DNA of 64,000 nucleotides, from contig NC_087260.1 in assembly GCF_037042905.1 (NCBI RefSeq), positions 22,754,001 to 22,818,000 on the forward strand, read 5' to 3'. Numbering within the stretch: position 1 is the stretch's first letter; each line of letters begins with the position of its first letter. The notes below the pieces were generated by a model. The model was given only the letters and a program-made list of their open reading frames with translations, searched no databases and was not told the DNA's origin. This DNA comes from Lytechinus pictus (Eukaryota). Shown here piece after piece: positions 39,544-52,127 of this stretch. A program made the translations under genes and the position numbers.

Positions 39544-40564
39544 TCATATCTTAAACCCATTTATGTTTTCAAAATGTGGGATGGAGACCTTTGCCAGTTT
39601 TCTGACATCTGGTGCAAGTTTGTCTATGGGAATTGCCGGTTTTGGCGGAAGAAATCTACTGGAGAACAGTGCTGTTTTAAAAAACGCATTGGCCAACTTG
39701 ATGACATTGTCGCTAACCCTTATCCAGTTCTTGATCACATCTGGAGAAGCGTCCCAATGAAGAGAATCGCTGTAAGGAAGTCCGGTAAGATCGCAGAACT
39801 TCTGAAGCACATCAGCGGGGTTGGTCAACAGATCATCAGTGTTGATGACGATTGGGTTGGGATCCAAGTTGTCCCGGACGTAATTCCAAAGCTCTGTTAT
39901 TCCGCTGTAGAATTCGTTCGCGTTCATGACAGGGTCACCGTGACCGATGTCGAAGGCGCCTTCGTCGGCGGCATCCCCTGAGCGGATTCCAACATTTGTC
40001 AGGTGCTGATACATCGCTTTCATGTAGGATGTGAACAGTTTATGAGGTTCCCGGATGAGAAAGACATGCTTGAATCGTTTTGGTAGGTACTGCCGTCATT
40101 TCTTATCCGGAAAAGCCATCTACCCGTTCTTGACAAAGATATACTTACTGGTGGATGCCTCAAGTTCTTTCTGCACGTTATGGTATCTATAAGGAACCAA
40201 ACCAAAAAGGGCGTATTTAAATTGGTGATTGTGTTTCTCCCACGCTCAGGATGCTCACGCTACCACGTCATCATTTCTTGTTTCGTGTACTGAAACTTGT
40301 GCTATGCTACCTAATTTTTTCTTCCTAGTTTCTTGTCATTTCTACTTCCTTTTAGTTTATTTTCCTTTATTTTATTATTCGTTATCATTTTATGCCATGT
40401 CTGCTACTTCCAACTTGTACTAGTTCTTCTTCCTAAGAGTAGTTAGCTAGAGTTGCCAATGTTTTGAGTATCTACGCTACAAGACACTTGCATAAAGCGG
40501 TTGAGATTGTTCGTGGCATGATCCAAGCCATGATCCGTACAGGAGAACTTTGACAATCAGCCAT
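39544..40564 (-). pseudogene. Array member 6, pseudogene
   Basis: Exon 1 reads MADCQSSPVRIMAWIMPRTISTALCKCL, then homology is lost and a stop follows. Exon 2 from 40186 has in-frame TAG (KNG*) and TGA (DKK*) and a one-codon deletion (DSL-HW). Confidence 0.88.
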
Positions 40565-41075
40565 TTTGATTTCCAATCATGACTCGCAATTGAACTACAG
40601 GGAAACTCTGTGTCACTGTCCTCTATCCGTTTTGATTATTTTGTTTTAAGCAGTCTTCCCTGTCCATGTGATCGCGTTTTTTTTTTCGTTTCTATTTTCA
40701 TTTTGTTTGTTTTTTTTAGCAAAGGGCGAGTTCCATACCTAATTCAAAATAAAGACTCATTTTGGATACACGGATTGCAACGTATTTCCTAAATTATACA
40801 ATTAAATAGAACAGTAAATTAATCGTCAACTTATATCAAAATAATGTTATGTGGGAGCTACCTTTAACTTACATCTATCAAATACTTCATGCGTGTATAC
40901 AGAGTGATAGCGATTACAAAGTCCAAAACAGAAGTTGGTTTTTATAGGGACAATGGCTTTTTAAGAAAATTGGCTTTTTACGGAAATGTAATAATGATGC
41001 ATCAGTAAAATAGAATTATTATCAATGTTATTATTGTTATCAGTATTATCATAATTGTTATTGCACTGTACAATA

Positions 41076-41432
41076 NNNNNNNNNNNNNNNNNNNNNNNNN
41101 NNNNNNNNNNNNNNNNNNNNNNNNNNNNNNNNNNNNNNNNNNNNNNNNNNNNNNNNNNNNNNNNNNNNNNNNNNNNNNNNNNNNNNNNNNNNNNNNNNNN
41201 NNNNNNNNNNNNNNNNNNNNNNNNNNNNNNNNNNNNNNNNNNNNNNNNNNTAGTCGTAGTTAGTAGTAGCTAGTAATACTAGTAATATTAGNNNNNNNNN
41301 NNNNNNNNNNNNNNNNNNNNNNNNNNNNNNNNNNNNNNNNNNNNNNNNNNNNNNNNNNNNNNNNNNNNNNNNNNNNNNNNNNNNNNNNNNNNNNNNNNNN
41401 NNNNNNNNNNNNNNNNNNNNNNNNNNNAGTAC

Positions 41433-41478
<46 letters not shown>

Positions 41479-41670
41479 TAGTAGTAGTAGTATTCGTAGT
41501 ATTCGGAGTAGTNNNNNNNNNNNNNNNNNNNNNNNNNNNNNNNNNNNNNNNNNNNNNNNNNNNNNNNNNNNNNNNNNNNNNNNNNNNNNNNNNNNNNNNN
41601 NNNNNNNNNNNNNNNNNNNNNNNNNNNNNNNNNNNNNNNNNNNNNNGCTATATAGTAGCAGTAGTTGTAG
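41076..41670. repeat. (TAG)n microsatellite with three assembly gaps (N runs)
   Basis: N blocks flanked by TAGTAG repeats. Confidence 0.9.
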
Positions 41671-42569
41671 GGCGACGGTGTCACAATGGCGGGAAGTTTA
41701 TTTCCTTGAAAGAACTCGATTCTTTCCTTACATGCTTTACTAATGTCCCTTTTTTAAATGGATTCCCGCTTCTCAAAATAGAATAAAGCAGTCATAATAA
41801 TCTGGTGACGCACGTATCCAAAGTTATTAGAATGATGGTTTAGTAATTATGTCGACAATATTTGATTCTTTATATCGTGGCCAGAAGGAATATGTATTTT
41901 GATTGAATTTTTTTTAATGGGAGATCTTGAAAGTCGTGTGGTCGGCTAATCAACAGATGAGCACATAGGTTGACAACAAGAAGGAAAAAAAAAGAAAACG
42001 AAGAAAAGAGAATAGAAAGGAAAATAGATTCAAAGAGCGAGGTATGACCACAACGGAAAACAGGATGAAAATGGATAAGGAAATGCCCTATAAGACCTGC
42101 CCTATATTTAAATTCCGCCATATGTAAAAGAACATTTCCCAAGAGTGCAACAGATCCCCTCTGTTGCCAAAACCAAGTGCGTATCATATTTTTGGGTTCA
42201 TAAATGATGCAGATAGCCGCGAGTGGTCTTGTAATGATCCACCCCATTATCTCCATCGTTAATTCGAGAAGAGGCGTCCACCTCCAGCACCTTGACTTCT
42301 CGACTGATTATCATCATGGCGGGGGTGTACAATAACATGCAAATTGAAGCGATGGTCACTGTACACACATCTTACAACAATATCTTGTTCGAATCGATTC
42401 GATTACACGTGGGGCTGTCACCACGGTTACAGATGATATCATGAAACACAACTTTAGTTCACTGCAAGCAATAACCTATTAAAAGGAAAAGAGGGGTAAA
42501 ATAACTATAATAATGGTAATAATATTAATGATAATACTTCTAATAAGTATAATTATGATAATTTCTTCT

Positions 42570-43880
42570 AAAGTGTACCACGATGAGGCAAATAAACTTT
42601 TCCAAACTGGACCTCTTTCTATAACTACTTCTCCTGGCATTCACGTGGTATCGGTTGATAATCCCCTTGGCTCTTCTGATCGATTTGTGATATGTATGTA
42701 GCTAACTACAAGCAAAACTGGCTGTACGAGAAAGCTGACTGGGATAGTCTGCGCTCGTTCCTGTTTCAAGCTGACTGGTCCTCCCTTTGAAAGTCACATA
42801 ATGCTGATAGTGCTGATATCGCCTAGAACAGTTAGAAAGAAAACATTGGAGATGCAATGGACGTTTTAATTCACTACCATCCAGGACTATCGAACACACG
42901 TACTCGGATAAGCCATATGGTTCAATGGCAGATGTCATGACACTGTTATCCAAACAGAAGGCTTACAAACTGGCAAAAGAGCCATACAAGTCATCTTTGG
43001 CTCCTATTATTATGGAATCTAAATCTAGATGTCAGCGTACCATAATTATGCAGAGCACGTATAGTTCTCACAAAACCTAGAGCAGGAACTCAATTAAGCA
43101 TGCCAGCAATAAGCAGTGGTGGAAACTGGTCAAATATGTAACTGCAAGCAACAAGTCATCTGCTGTCCCTCCACCGAAAGATGACAATGGCCGTGCAGAT
43201 GTTACAAAGTTGAGCTCCTTATGCAGCACCTTCACTGCAAATGCGCATCTTGATGATAAGGGCCAAGTTTCTCCTATAAGCTGAAGTTGAAAACTGGTGA
43301 ATCTGTCTCTACCATCAGCTTCTGGCCTAAGGTTATCCTCAAGAAACTACGAAATCTTGACATATCCAAGGCAACTGGTCCAGATGGCATCAGCCACCGT
43401 ACTTAAGAACTGTGCACTTGAGCTTGCACCAGTTCTTTCAAAGCTATACCAGTTGTCCTTGAGCAGAAAAACCACACATTCAGAGTGGAAAACTGCCCAT
43501 GTTGTAGATGAGCCCAAGAAATGGAACAGCTGTATATATGCATCGAACTACAGGCTAGAGCAGCTGTACTCGCACTTCTTGATAGGCAGCGGAAAGCGAT
43601 CCGCCTCTAGAGAATTGAAGACAAACCAAGGTTTGCCTTTATCCACTTGAGCACCGGATAAATGTTGCATCTCTCTGAACATGTACCTTCTACCGTCACT
43701 TCTTCCTGAAACCATCCGATGAGTTGTCTGCATGGAACCCCCCCCCCCTTGGCCCCCAATGTCAGTTTGACACGCTCTACTGCAGCTGCCCATCCCTAAA
43801 GAGTCACTGTCCCAAAGTAAAACACTGTCTTGTCAAGGACAGCTCAGCTCTGGAACTCACTTCCTGTCAACACATTCATG
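42570..43880 (+). mobile_element. Degenerate, internally deleted CR1/L2-like LINE
   Basis: Remnants WWKLVK, VLKNCALELAPVLSKLYQLSL, WKTAHV..PKK..SNYR, SRTAQLWNSLP across frameshifts. Confidence 0.75.
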
Positions 43881-44063
43881 GGCCACTTATTATTATTTTA
43901 TGATCACAACATATCAGACCCAAAGAACTATAACAAAAAAATAATAATAAATAATAATAATGAAATAATTGAAAAAAAAACAATAATAATAGTAACTATA
44001 ATAGTAATAATCATCATCATCATCAGTTAATATCTTATCTGTTTTGTCTTCCATGATTTGGAA

Positions 44064-44416
44064 TAATAATAATAATAATATTCCGCATTTATATAGCGTT
44101 TAACACATCGGAACGACGTCTCTAAGCGCTTTACAGATATATTATTACCCCGGTCATCGGATCCTTGCATGCCCGCATACAATGTATGCACCTTCTCCAC
44201 TCCCTGGGGAGCATTCCAACAAGAGTTCTAAGACTCAATTGCTAGGCATACTACATCGGCTTTCGCATCCTACCGGGTACCCATTTAACACCTGGGTGGA
44301 GAGTGGCAAATTGTGGATTGACGCCTTGCCAAAGGACGCTAGGCCATGGCGGGATTCGAACTCACGACCCTCTGATTACAAGGCGAGAGTCAGAACCGCT
44401 ACACCACGGCGCTTCC
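44064..44416 (-). mobile_element. tRNA-derived SINE (CORE-like centre, L2-type tail)
   Basis: Reverse strand: GTGGTGTAGCGG A box, GAGTTCGAATCCC B box, CTCTCCACCCAGGTGTTAAATGGGTACC, tail AAGCGCTTAGAG...CGCTATATAAAT...(TAT)n. Confidence 0.8.
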
Positions 44417-45174
44417 ACGGAATAGATCCCGTCATCTGATCATTTCATCTAAACATGACGACATCCCATATCTCATCACACTGATCATCTCTTCGAAGGG
44501 ATACCACCATGAGATGCGATCCAAGAATTAACTCGTCATGTCATCTTTCGCTAAAACGATGTCGGCTTCCAAAGATGATTATTTCATATCTTGCTGGCAC
44601 GTTTAGGTTATAAGATTTAATAGAACACTGTCTTTACAATCTAGAGAACTGCACGTTGCGATGTGTTGGACGTCACACAATAAAAAACTGTTTTTCATTC
44701 TGACGTATTTATACAAGCTCTTTAAGTCACTGAGGAGCGAAATCTGAAAATTGAGTTAATTGCCTTCTTCCCCATTAGGAATAGGTCTTAACCTGGAATG
44801 GAGCTTTTGGTTTTCTGCTGCGTACAAGGAAACGTCGTCTGTCGGGAATTTAGATACAATGGTAATGGATCATCTCGAGCAGTAGATAAAAGGTCTCTCG
44901 TTTTAGGCTTTCCCATGATGGAAATATTCACTTTTTAAAAAAAAAGGCACATAATTGGATGTAATCTTGTTTCCAAAGCATTGCACGACCTTCTATACAA
45001 AGGCAGTATTTCGGTTTGATTTACTAATCAATATTGTCATGGTTAATATCATATCAATTGTTTAAAATATTAAACTAACCAAATCAAATAAAATCAGATA
45101 AAAGTAAATTATCAACATTATTTTTTATGTACAGTAGTACACTAATATAGTCTCAACCTTTTGCTCTTTTAAAT

Positions 45175-46471
45175 AACAATAGTGGAACGCCTCTGGCAGT
45201 CTCGCCTACGTTACGCGATTCAATATAGCAGCAGTGCTGACTTTGAAAAAACAACTATTGAATAATTATTCACAAAAAATAACATCCATATGATAATGAA
45301 ATACTATGTTAATTGACCCTAAATTTATGTGACCTGAAACTCATACAGGATGTTCAAAGATACATGATTACCCTTATGTCCAATTAATTTTCATGAACTA
45401 AATCTATAAACTTTCAAAGTTAAGATGAAATTCAGCAAATACCCCAACAGGTTAAAGTTCTTTGACCCTAAATGACCTTTGACCTTGATCATGTGACGTG
45501 AAACTTGCAGAGGGGATGTTTGATAATACTTTATCAACTTTACATCCGTTACATACGTTATGCGATTCAATATAGCAGCAGTGCTGACTTTGAAAAACAA
45601 CCATTGAATAATTATTCACAAAAAATAACATCCATATGATAATGAAATACTATGTTCATTGACCCTAAATTTATGTGACCTTAAATTCATGCAGGATGTT
45701 CAATGATACATAATTACCCTTGTCTAATTAATTTTCATGAACTAAATCTATAAACATTCAAAGTTATGATGAAATTTAGCACATACCCCAACATGGTTAA
45801 AGTTATTTGACCCTAAATGACCTTTGAGTTTGATCATGTGACCTGAAACATGCACAGGTCACAGGATGTTTGACAATACTCGATTACTCTTATGACCAGA
45901 TTTCACGAACCAGATCCTTAAACTTCTACAGTTATGATGACATTAAAAAAATAAACATTCGTTAAGATTTCGGTGTTGATTCCCACATGGCCTAGGTTCA
46001 TTGACCCTAAATGACCTTTGACCTTGATCATGTGACCTGAAATTCAGGCAGGATGTTTCGGAATACTTGATTAGTCCTACCGTTAAGTCCAATTGCTTCT
46101 TGAACTGGGTCCATATACTTCGTAAGACATGATGACATTTAAAAAAATAAGTAAGTTGGTTAAGATGTCAATGTTGGCCAGTGGCGTAATGAGCCAAATA
46201 TTTTCAGGGGGCTCGAAATGGCGTATCGCGTAAAATTGATAATAAATTGCGAGCGATCTAAGCGAGTGAGAAAAAAAAATCGACATTTTTATTACAAAAA
46301 TCCAAGTTTTGTGATAAATTGTTCACCATTATCCCTTACCTTTTCTCTTTTTCTTCTTGGTCGTGATTTTTTCTGCCCCCCTCTCCCACTGTTTGCACGC
46401 CCATCGACGCAGCCGCCGCCGTCGAAAAAGCGGCGCCTATAGTCTCGCTCTACTATGCAGGCGAGACAAAA
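45175..46471 (+). mobile_element. Helentron/HINE-like element with internal tandem repeats rich in TGACCTTTGACC
   Basis: 5' GTCTCGCC matches the 3' stem-loop GTCTCGC...GGCGAGAC followed by AAAA. Internal ~350-bp duplication and repeated TGACCCTAAATGACCTTTGACCTTGATCATGTGACCTGAAA; no TSD seen. Confidence 0.6.
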
Positions 46472-47056
46472 GCTATATATAGATCGCCCATTCTTTATTT
46501 TTCATGAAAAAGCATTATTTTTTTTTTCATTGTTTTGTAACGTCTTTTAATCTACCTGTGTGATAACTGCGTGCGTTTCATTGCATTGCAATGACCTGCT
46601 TTCTTTTTAAAGAATATAGAAAATGATGACACAAGCAAACGGTTAAGCTGGCTCGTATTATTCAGATTTATTATTCGGATTTAAAAACTTTAGAAAAGTC
46701 TATCAACAAATGAATCCAGCGTGTTGATTGAAAATCATTATAAGTTGAAGATATACTTGATTATAAGAAACCACATAAGATCTCATTTGCCGCATGATGA
46801 TATCTAGAAAAAAATATGGCAAAATGTTTGATGCATCCTGGAAAAAGAGTACAGAGAAAAACTCAATACTATTGTATTGAGGGAGAGTGGAAATACTCTC
46901 ATTTATTTATTTCAATAATACATGTATATACATGTAAAAACATACAAATATCATACATTATTTTAAACATAAATATACAAATATAATCATGAAACATTAA
47001 GATGAGATTTGAAAAAAAAATAATGAAAGAAAATGGTATCCCAAAAAGCCTCAAAG

Positions 47057-48574
47057 CACTGGCGTAAATCCGTGTTGATGGGTGGGGGGGATGACTGAAA
47101 TATTTTGGAATTTTTTGCAATCATGTTTTTAGATATGCAAGGAATTGTCATTGATATGTCCACAGTGGCGTACCGTGGGTCACGGCATTGGGGGAGGGGG
47201 GGGGGCACCAGCAACATTTTTGAATCACTGAGTGAGTGCGCTAAGCGCGCGCAGTTGCCAGTTATACTGACCTAATAGAGAAATTTTAAAGACAATGTCA
47301 TTAAACGGATATGTATCTCACTAATCAAATAATGCGAGCGCGAAGCGCGAGCTGAAATTTTGTTATATTCACACCTAAAAAGGGACATTATAATCAAATT
47401 TGTGTAATCATGATAGGAACCTGTCTCGCTAAACAATGCGAGCGCGAAGCGCGAGCTGAAAACTTAGATAATTCAGACCTGAAGTGGGGCAATCTAAGGT
47501 TTCTTTGTAGGAATTAACTAGGACCATACGTATTTCATTAACCAAATGATGCGAGCGCGAAGCGCGAGCTGAAAATTTTTGATATTCAGATCAGAAGAAG
47601 GGACATTTTATGGACTGATTTTAGGAATTCATGAAGAGCAGACATATCTCACCAATCCACTAATGCGAACGTAATCACGGACAGGAAATGTTTCATATAT
47701 ACGAAGACCTTAACATGAGGCAATCACTTTTTGAGTCATGAAAAAGAAGCATATGTAACTACGTAAAACAACGATAACTCAAGTGCTAGGAAATATATTT
47801 GGTTTATATTGACTTGAAAACGAGATGTTTTAGTACAACAGGATTATATATCTCGTTAAACAGACAATGCGAGCACCAGGAACAATGAAGACGTAGGCCC
47901 TGGGCAAATTATGTTTCATAAAGTTATGATAAAAATGTTTCTTATGTATATATAATGTAACATAACATAATTATAATGTAATATAACATTATAATGAATA
48001 ATATCTTCTTCTTTCCCACTTTGCTTCTCTTCCTTTCTCCCTATTGTCTCCTTTTCCCACTTTCCCCGTTTTTTATTTGGTCAGCCGATGGGGGGGGGGG
48101 GCCGGGGGGGGGGGTGTGCCCCCCATGCCCCCCGCGTAGTTACGCCACTGTATGTCCATATGGCAAATACCCTCCAATATTATTATCTTTTTTACCCCAT
48201 GATGGTTAATGGTTTTATTAGAGATTACATTCAAAATGTTTTGACATTCCATCTTAATCCCTAATTCCCAAAGACCCCAACATTGATGAATTGGAAGAAA
48301 CGGGGGTTTCTCTTCAATGTTATGATAAGGACATAAGTATTTCGTTTGGAAATGGTGAACTGGCTCTTTATTGTCATTTTATGATTCAATAATATTGTTT
48401 TATTTGTTAAGCGGTATTTTAGGAAGAATTTTCACCAATAAAACAATTATCTCTTGTGATTTTTTTTCATTTCTTTCGTAAAAACTGGGGGGGATGTTTG
48501 TACAGGCCATCCCCCCCTCCTCGAAAAGTGGGGGGGATATATCCCCCCCATCCCCCCCGGGATTTACGCCAGTG
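47057..48574. mobile_element. hAT-like MITE (host)
   Basis: TIR CACTGGCGTAAATCC; 8-bp TSD CCTCAAAG at 47049-47056 and 48575-48582. Confidence 0.85.
47163..48150. mobile_element. hAT-like MITE nested in the previous element
   Basis: TIR CAGTGGCGTA; 8-bp TSD TATGTCCA at 47155-47162 and 48151-48158; internal GCGAGCGCGAAGCGCGAGCTGAAA repeats. Confidence 0.85.
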
Positions 48575-49689
48575 CCTCAAAGGCTTGCAAAAAGGGAAAC
48601 CAAGAATGATCCCGCGGGTAAATCAAATACCCCAAATATGCGGCCGTATTATATTTGTGAAGCGATTTCAGCGAACCAACTGATGCAGTTCAACCTCAAT
48701 CATCAAGGTGCAATTTCAGGTGAGGTGAAATACCCAAAAATATTTAGGATCTAGCGCCAGGGCTAGTAATATTATGCTAGGTGATGCCACCATCTCCGCC
48801 GCGAATCCGCCGTAATTGGAAACAGAAATGGAACATTTTAAAATATAATAAAGTGTAAACTCTAAACGAGTAAATGGCCACAAATATAGGTTAGGATACC
48901 TCATTATCATCAACGCATGCGAATATTACACGTACGGTACATATACAATTCATCACGATTCCGTGATACAGTAATTCGAAATGCACAAGACTAAAGAGGT
49001 ATGGCAATTAGTTCCCCCAACAAGTCTGCGCAATTCTTGTAAAAGAAGAAATGCAACGAACACAAACGCTTGCAACACATAAGACAGATATTTATAAAGA
49101 CAAAATGGTGGAAAAAGAATGAATTTTGGGCATTTTATATGAATCATAATATTGATGGCCTCATAAGTCATAATGCAGCCTTTACTTTTTAGTTTCTCTT
49201 CAAAATACCTGAATCGTGTGCAAAGTGAATGGGTGCGCAGACATGGGGGGGATGGGTGTCCGGACACTATTTTTTAAGCCTTTTTTTTTTTTTACTTTGG
49301 ATTACACTAAAATATTATGAATTCAATAATACTAGTTGTCTTCTCTAATCTTGTTCTCTATAATTGCTACCATTTTGTATACCCAGTGGTTGTGTGTCCG
49401 GACGGGTTGGGTGTCCGGACACATGACTTTTACTCTCAATTTTGAAAAGTTTACAAGCAATGTCTTTAATTCTTTTTAGCACAGAATATAAGAAAATATT
49501 ATAAAGAACAAATATTGATGGTGAAAAAAAACTATTCAACCTATATTTTTGGTTTATTCCTGAGATAAAAACAAGGCTTCATTTCTGTTACGTGTCCGGA
49601 CACCCAACCCCCCATCCTACTAAAAATTGATGAAACTTTGCTTGTAAATTTTTCCAAATTATGACTTTCTAAAATTGATCGTCCTGACA

Positions 49690-50342
49690 TAGCCTTGAGG
49701 ACTCCCGGGGAGTGTTTCATCAACATTTTGGTCTGACAAGTTGTCAGATCTGACATCTTTCATTGATTCTGATTGGCTGAGAGGCACTATTACTATGGTA
49801 ACTGTTGGAAATAAAATGGGACTTGATAAAACGTCTGACAAGTGAAACGCTTCCCAGGTCTGATATTTTTTTATGTATTTTGACATGTACTTCTACATGG
49901 AGCCTTGACACTCTTTCCATAGACGCTGCAGCGAGACCTACACGTCCAGATGGATTTCCCTAGGAAATCCATAGTTAGAGGGTGAAATTGGTTTGTAGGG
50001 GTGAATTTTATTTATCTATGAACCTTCATGCGCCTAAAGTGTATAAAGGGATAAAAATTATTTCACTATAAATGGTAAAAATGAGACGTTTCTTACCAGG
50101 CCGATCTCCTGTAGATCCCTCGATCCGTTTGTCAACAAAGCAAAGTCAATAGACCTGACCCTTGAACTGCTTCCTTATGACGTACATGTACATCCGAATA
50201 GCGATGCCGTTTTGAAGAACAATTTATAGAAAAAAAATATTTCACAAATTTCAAAATTTATTACCTGATTATAAATAATTATGTATTAGATTTTACTATT
50301 TGTGAAACAATAATTTTTATCTATAAATTGTCCTCAAGGCTA
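49690..50342. mobile_element. Academ-like MITE (TAG termini, 9-bp TSD) with a small nested MITE at about 49706-49858
   Basis: TIR TAGCCTTGAGGAC; TSD GTCCTGACA at 49681-49689 and 50343-50351. Confidence 0.75.
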
Positions 50343-52023
50343 GTCCTGACACACAACAACTGGGTAGACCTCTATACCATTTTTTTTTTCAATCTGAAAA
50401 TGACTGCCCGAGGTTTTTCCAAGACAATCCTATAGACCCCATTTCTTTCAATTTTTTATGAGATATTTGGTACACTTACGTACTCATAATATAAGGAACA
50501 TTATTAACTTAAAAGATTTATTGAAATAAAAAGAAATTCATATTAAAAACTCAAGTCGTTAGGTGCGTAGACTTGGGGACCCAGGAAGACCCATAGCACA
50601 TTGGTAGTATGAGGACTGTTTTTGCTAGTTATCATTCATGCCATGGTTGTAGTTCGGCCTAGTTATGACTTCTGTTAATGTTTTATCATCATAATTAGAT
50701 CTAACAGATCTACATCTAGGCCTAGAACCCCCTAAGTCTTACTTAACTCTCCTTAATTTTTGTCGCTCACCCAGCCATGATTTGTATATGTTTTTACGTC
50801 TAACGTTAGATCTATATCTTTAATATTATTTTTCTGATCAAGCCAGGCATGGTCTTTTCTTGTTAAGCCTCTGTCTTTGTTTTACTTCTAGCCAAAGTCA
50901 GTTTAGATCACCTCGTTTCCCGTTTATCCCATCAAATATGTCTGGGTCAAATGTCAATCCATGTCAAATCAACTAGTGTTTGTCACCCGACCCCTCCGAT
51001 TTTCTTTATACTCACACCAAATGTTCCCCCAAGTGTCTGACGGAAAATTCCGAAATATTTTGCCCCATGGTCAAATGGTTGCTAAGATACAGCCTTCCTT
51101 TCGCAACTGACAAAGGAATTAGTAGAACACCTAAATAGAGAAGAATGAAGATGACAAAAGAGAATGAGAGGAAAGGAATTCAGAGTGGAAAGAATGGATG
51201 GCAACTGAATATAATTATGAACTTACATAACCTAAGTTCAGACTGCAAGGGCAGTACTGACAGAAATGTAAATGAACTTAAGTCTGGACAGAACAGAAAT
51301 GTAAAACTGCGTGGTGGCAAAGATAGCATGATAGGAGAAATAAACAAATAAGAAAATGCCAAAATAACTATCCTACACTAGTAATACATACAGTATCAGA
51401 TGCTTAGTGATTGGTCTGAATTTGTGAGTATATGTAATGAGGATACATAGTGTATATTCACCACTATGATACACTCATTGCTATTTTTATTGTCCAGAGT
51501 GTGTTGGAGATGAAAAAAGAGTGTCATATGCTCTTCTTGCAGTTCCACCCTAACCTTAAGTTCAATAGCGAGAGTTGACCTACCCATGGGCTTCCCACAA
51601 GAAGGGACTTGGGGGTAATTTTTACAATTAATTTTTTATTCAAATATTGAAAGATGGGGCCTACATCCTAGGCAATCCAGCGATGCAAAAATTATTTCGA
51701 ATTACAAGTAAAACTCAAAATATCAGCAAATTAAAAAGGGTATAATGAAAAAAATAATTGTGAAAATCATCCCTAAGTCCCTTTTTTACAGGAAGCCGAC
51801 AAAATTTAATTTTAGAAAGTCAAAAGGGGCCTAAGCTTTCGATCCTAGCAGAATCTTCGTCGGAGGCAAAATTTAATTTTGTTAAGATTACACCTGTGAA
51901 GTTGAACTCCGAAATTAGCCATCTAACTCCAGTAGTCACTCAACATTAACACATTAATTGCTTTGCTTCTATTTAGACTGGGTGATTCATTAATTGAATG
52001 ATTCTGACTCCACCCGACCAACC

Positions 52024-52127
52024 ATGGATATCCTGGAAAGAATCTATCCCAAGGTTTCTCGTCTGGAAGACTTTCTTCAAGTTCTGGATGGATGTCCACC
52101 CCTCTACATCCCCAAAGACAAAGCTGG
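52024..52127 (+). CDS. TERT: TERT coding exon 1 (exon begins at acceptor, 51977)
   Basis: MDILERIYPKVSRLEDFLQVLDGCPPLYIPKDKA(G); donor GTAAGG; pyrimidine tract plus TTTAG acceptor at 51976 implies an upstream non-coding exon. Confidence 0.85.

Noticed and set aside
41055-41684. ORFs spanning N runs
   Set aside because: Assembly-gap artefacts.
41870-42480. Possible exon or 128-aa ORF on the minus strand
   Set aside because: No recognisable motif, low-complexity composition, and no phase-compatible partner exons found.
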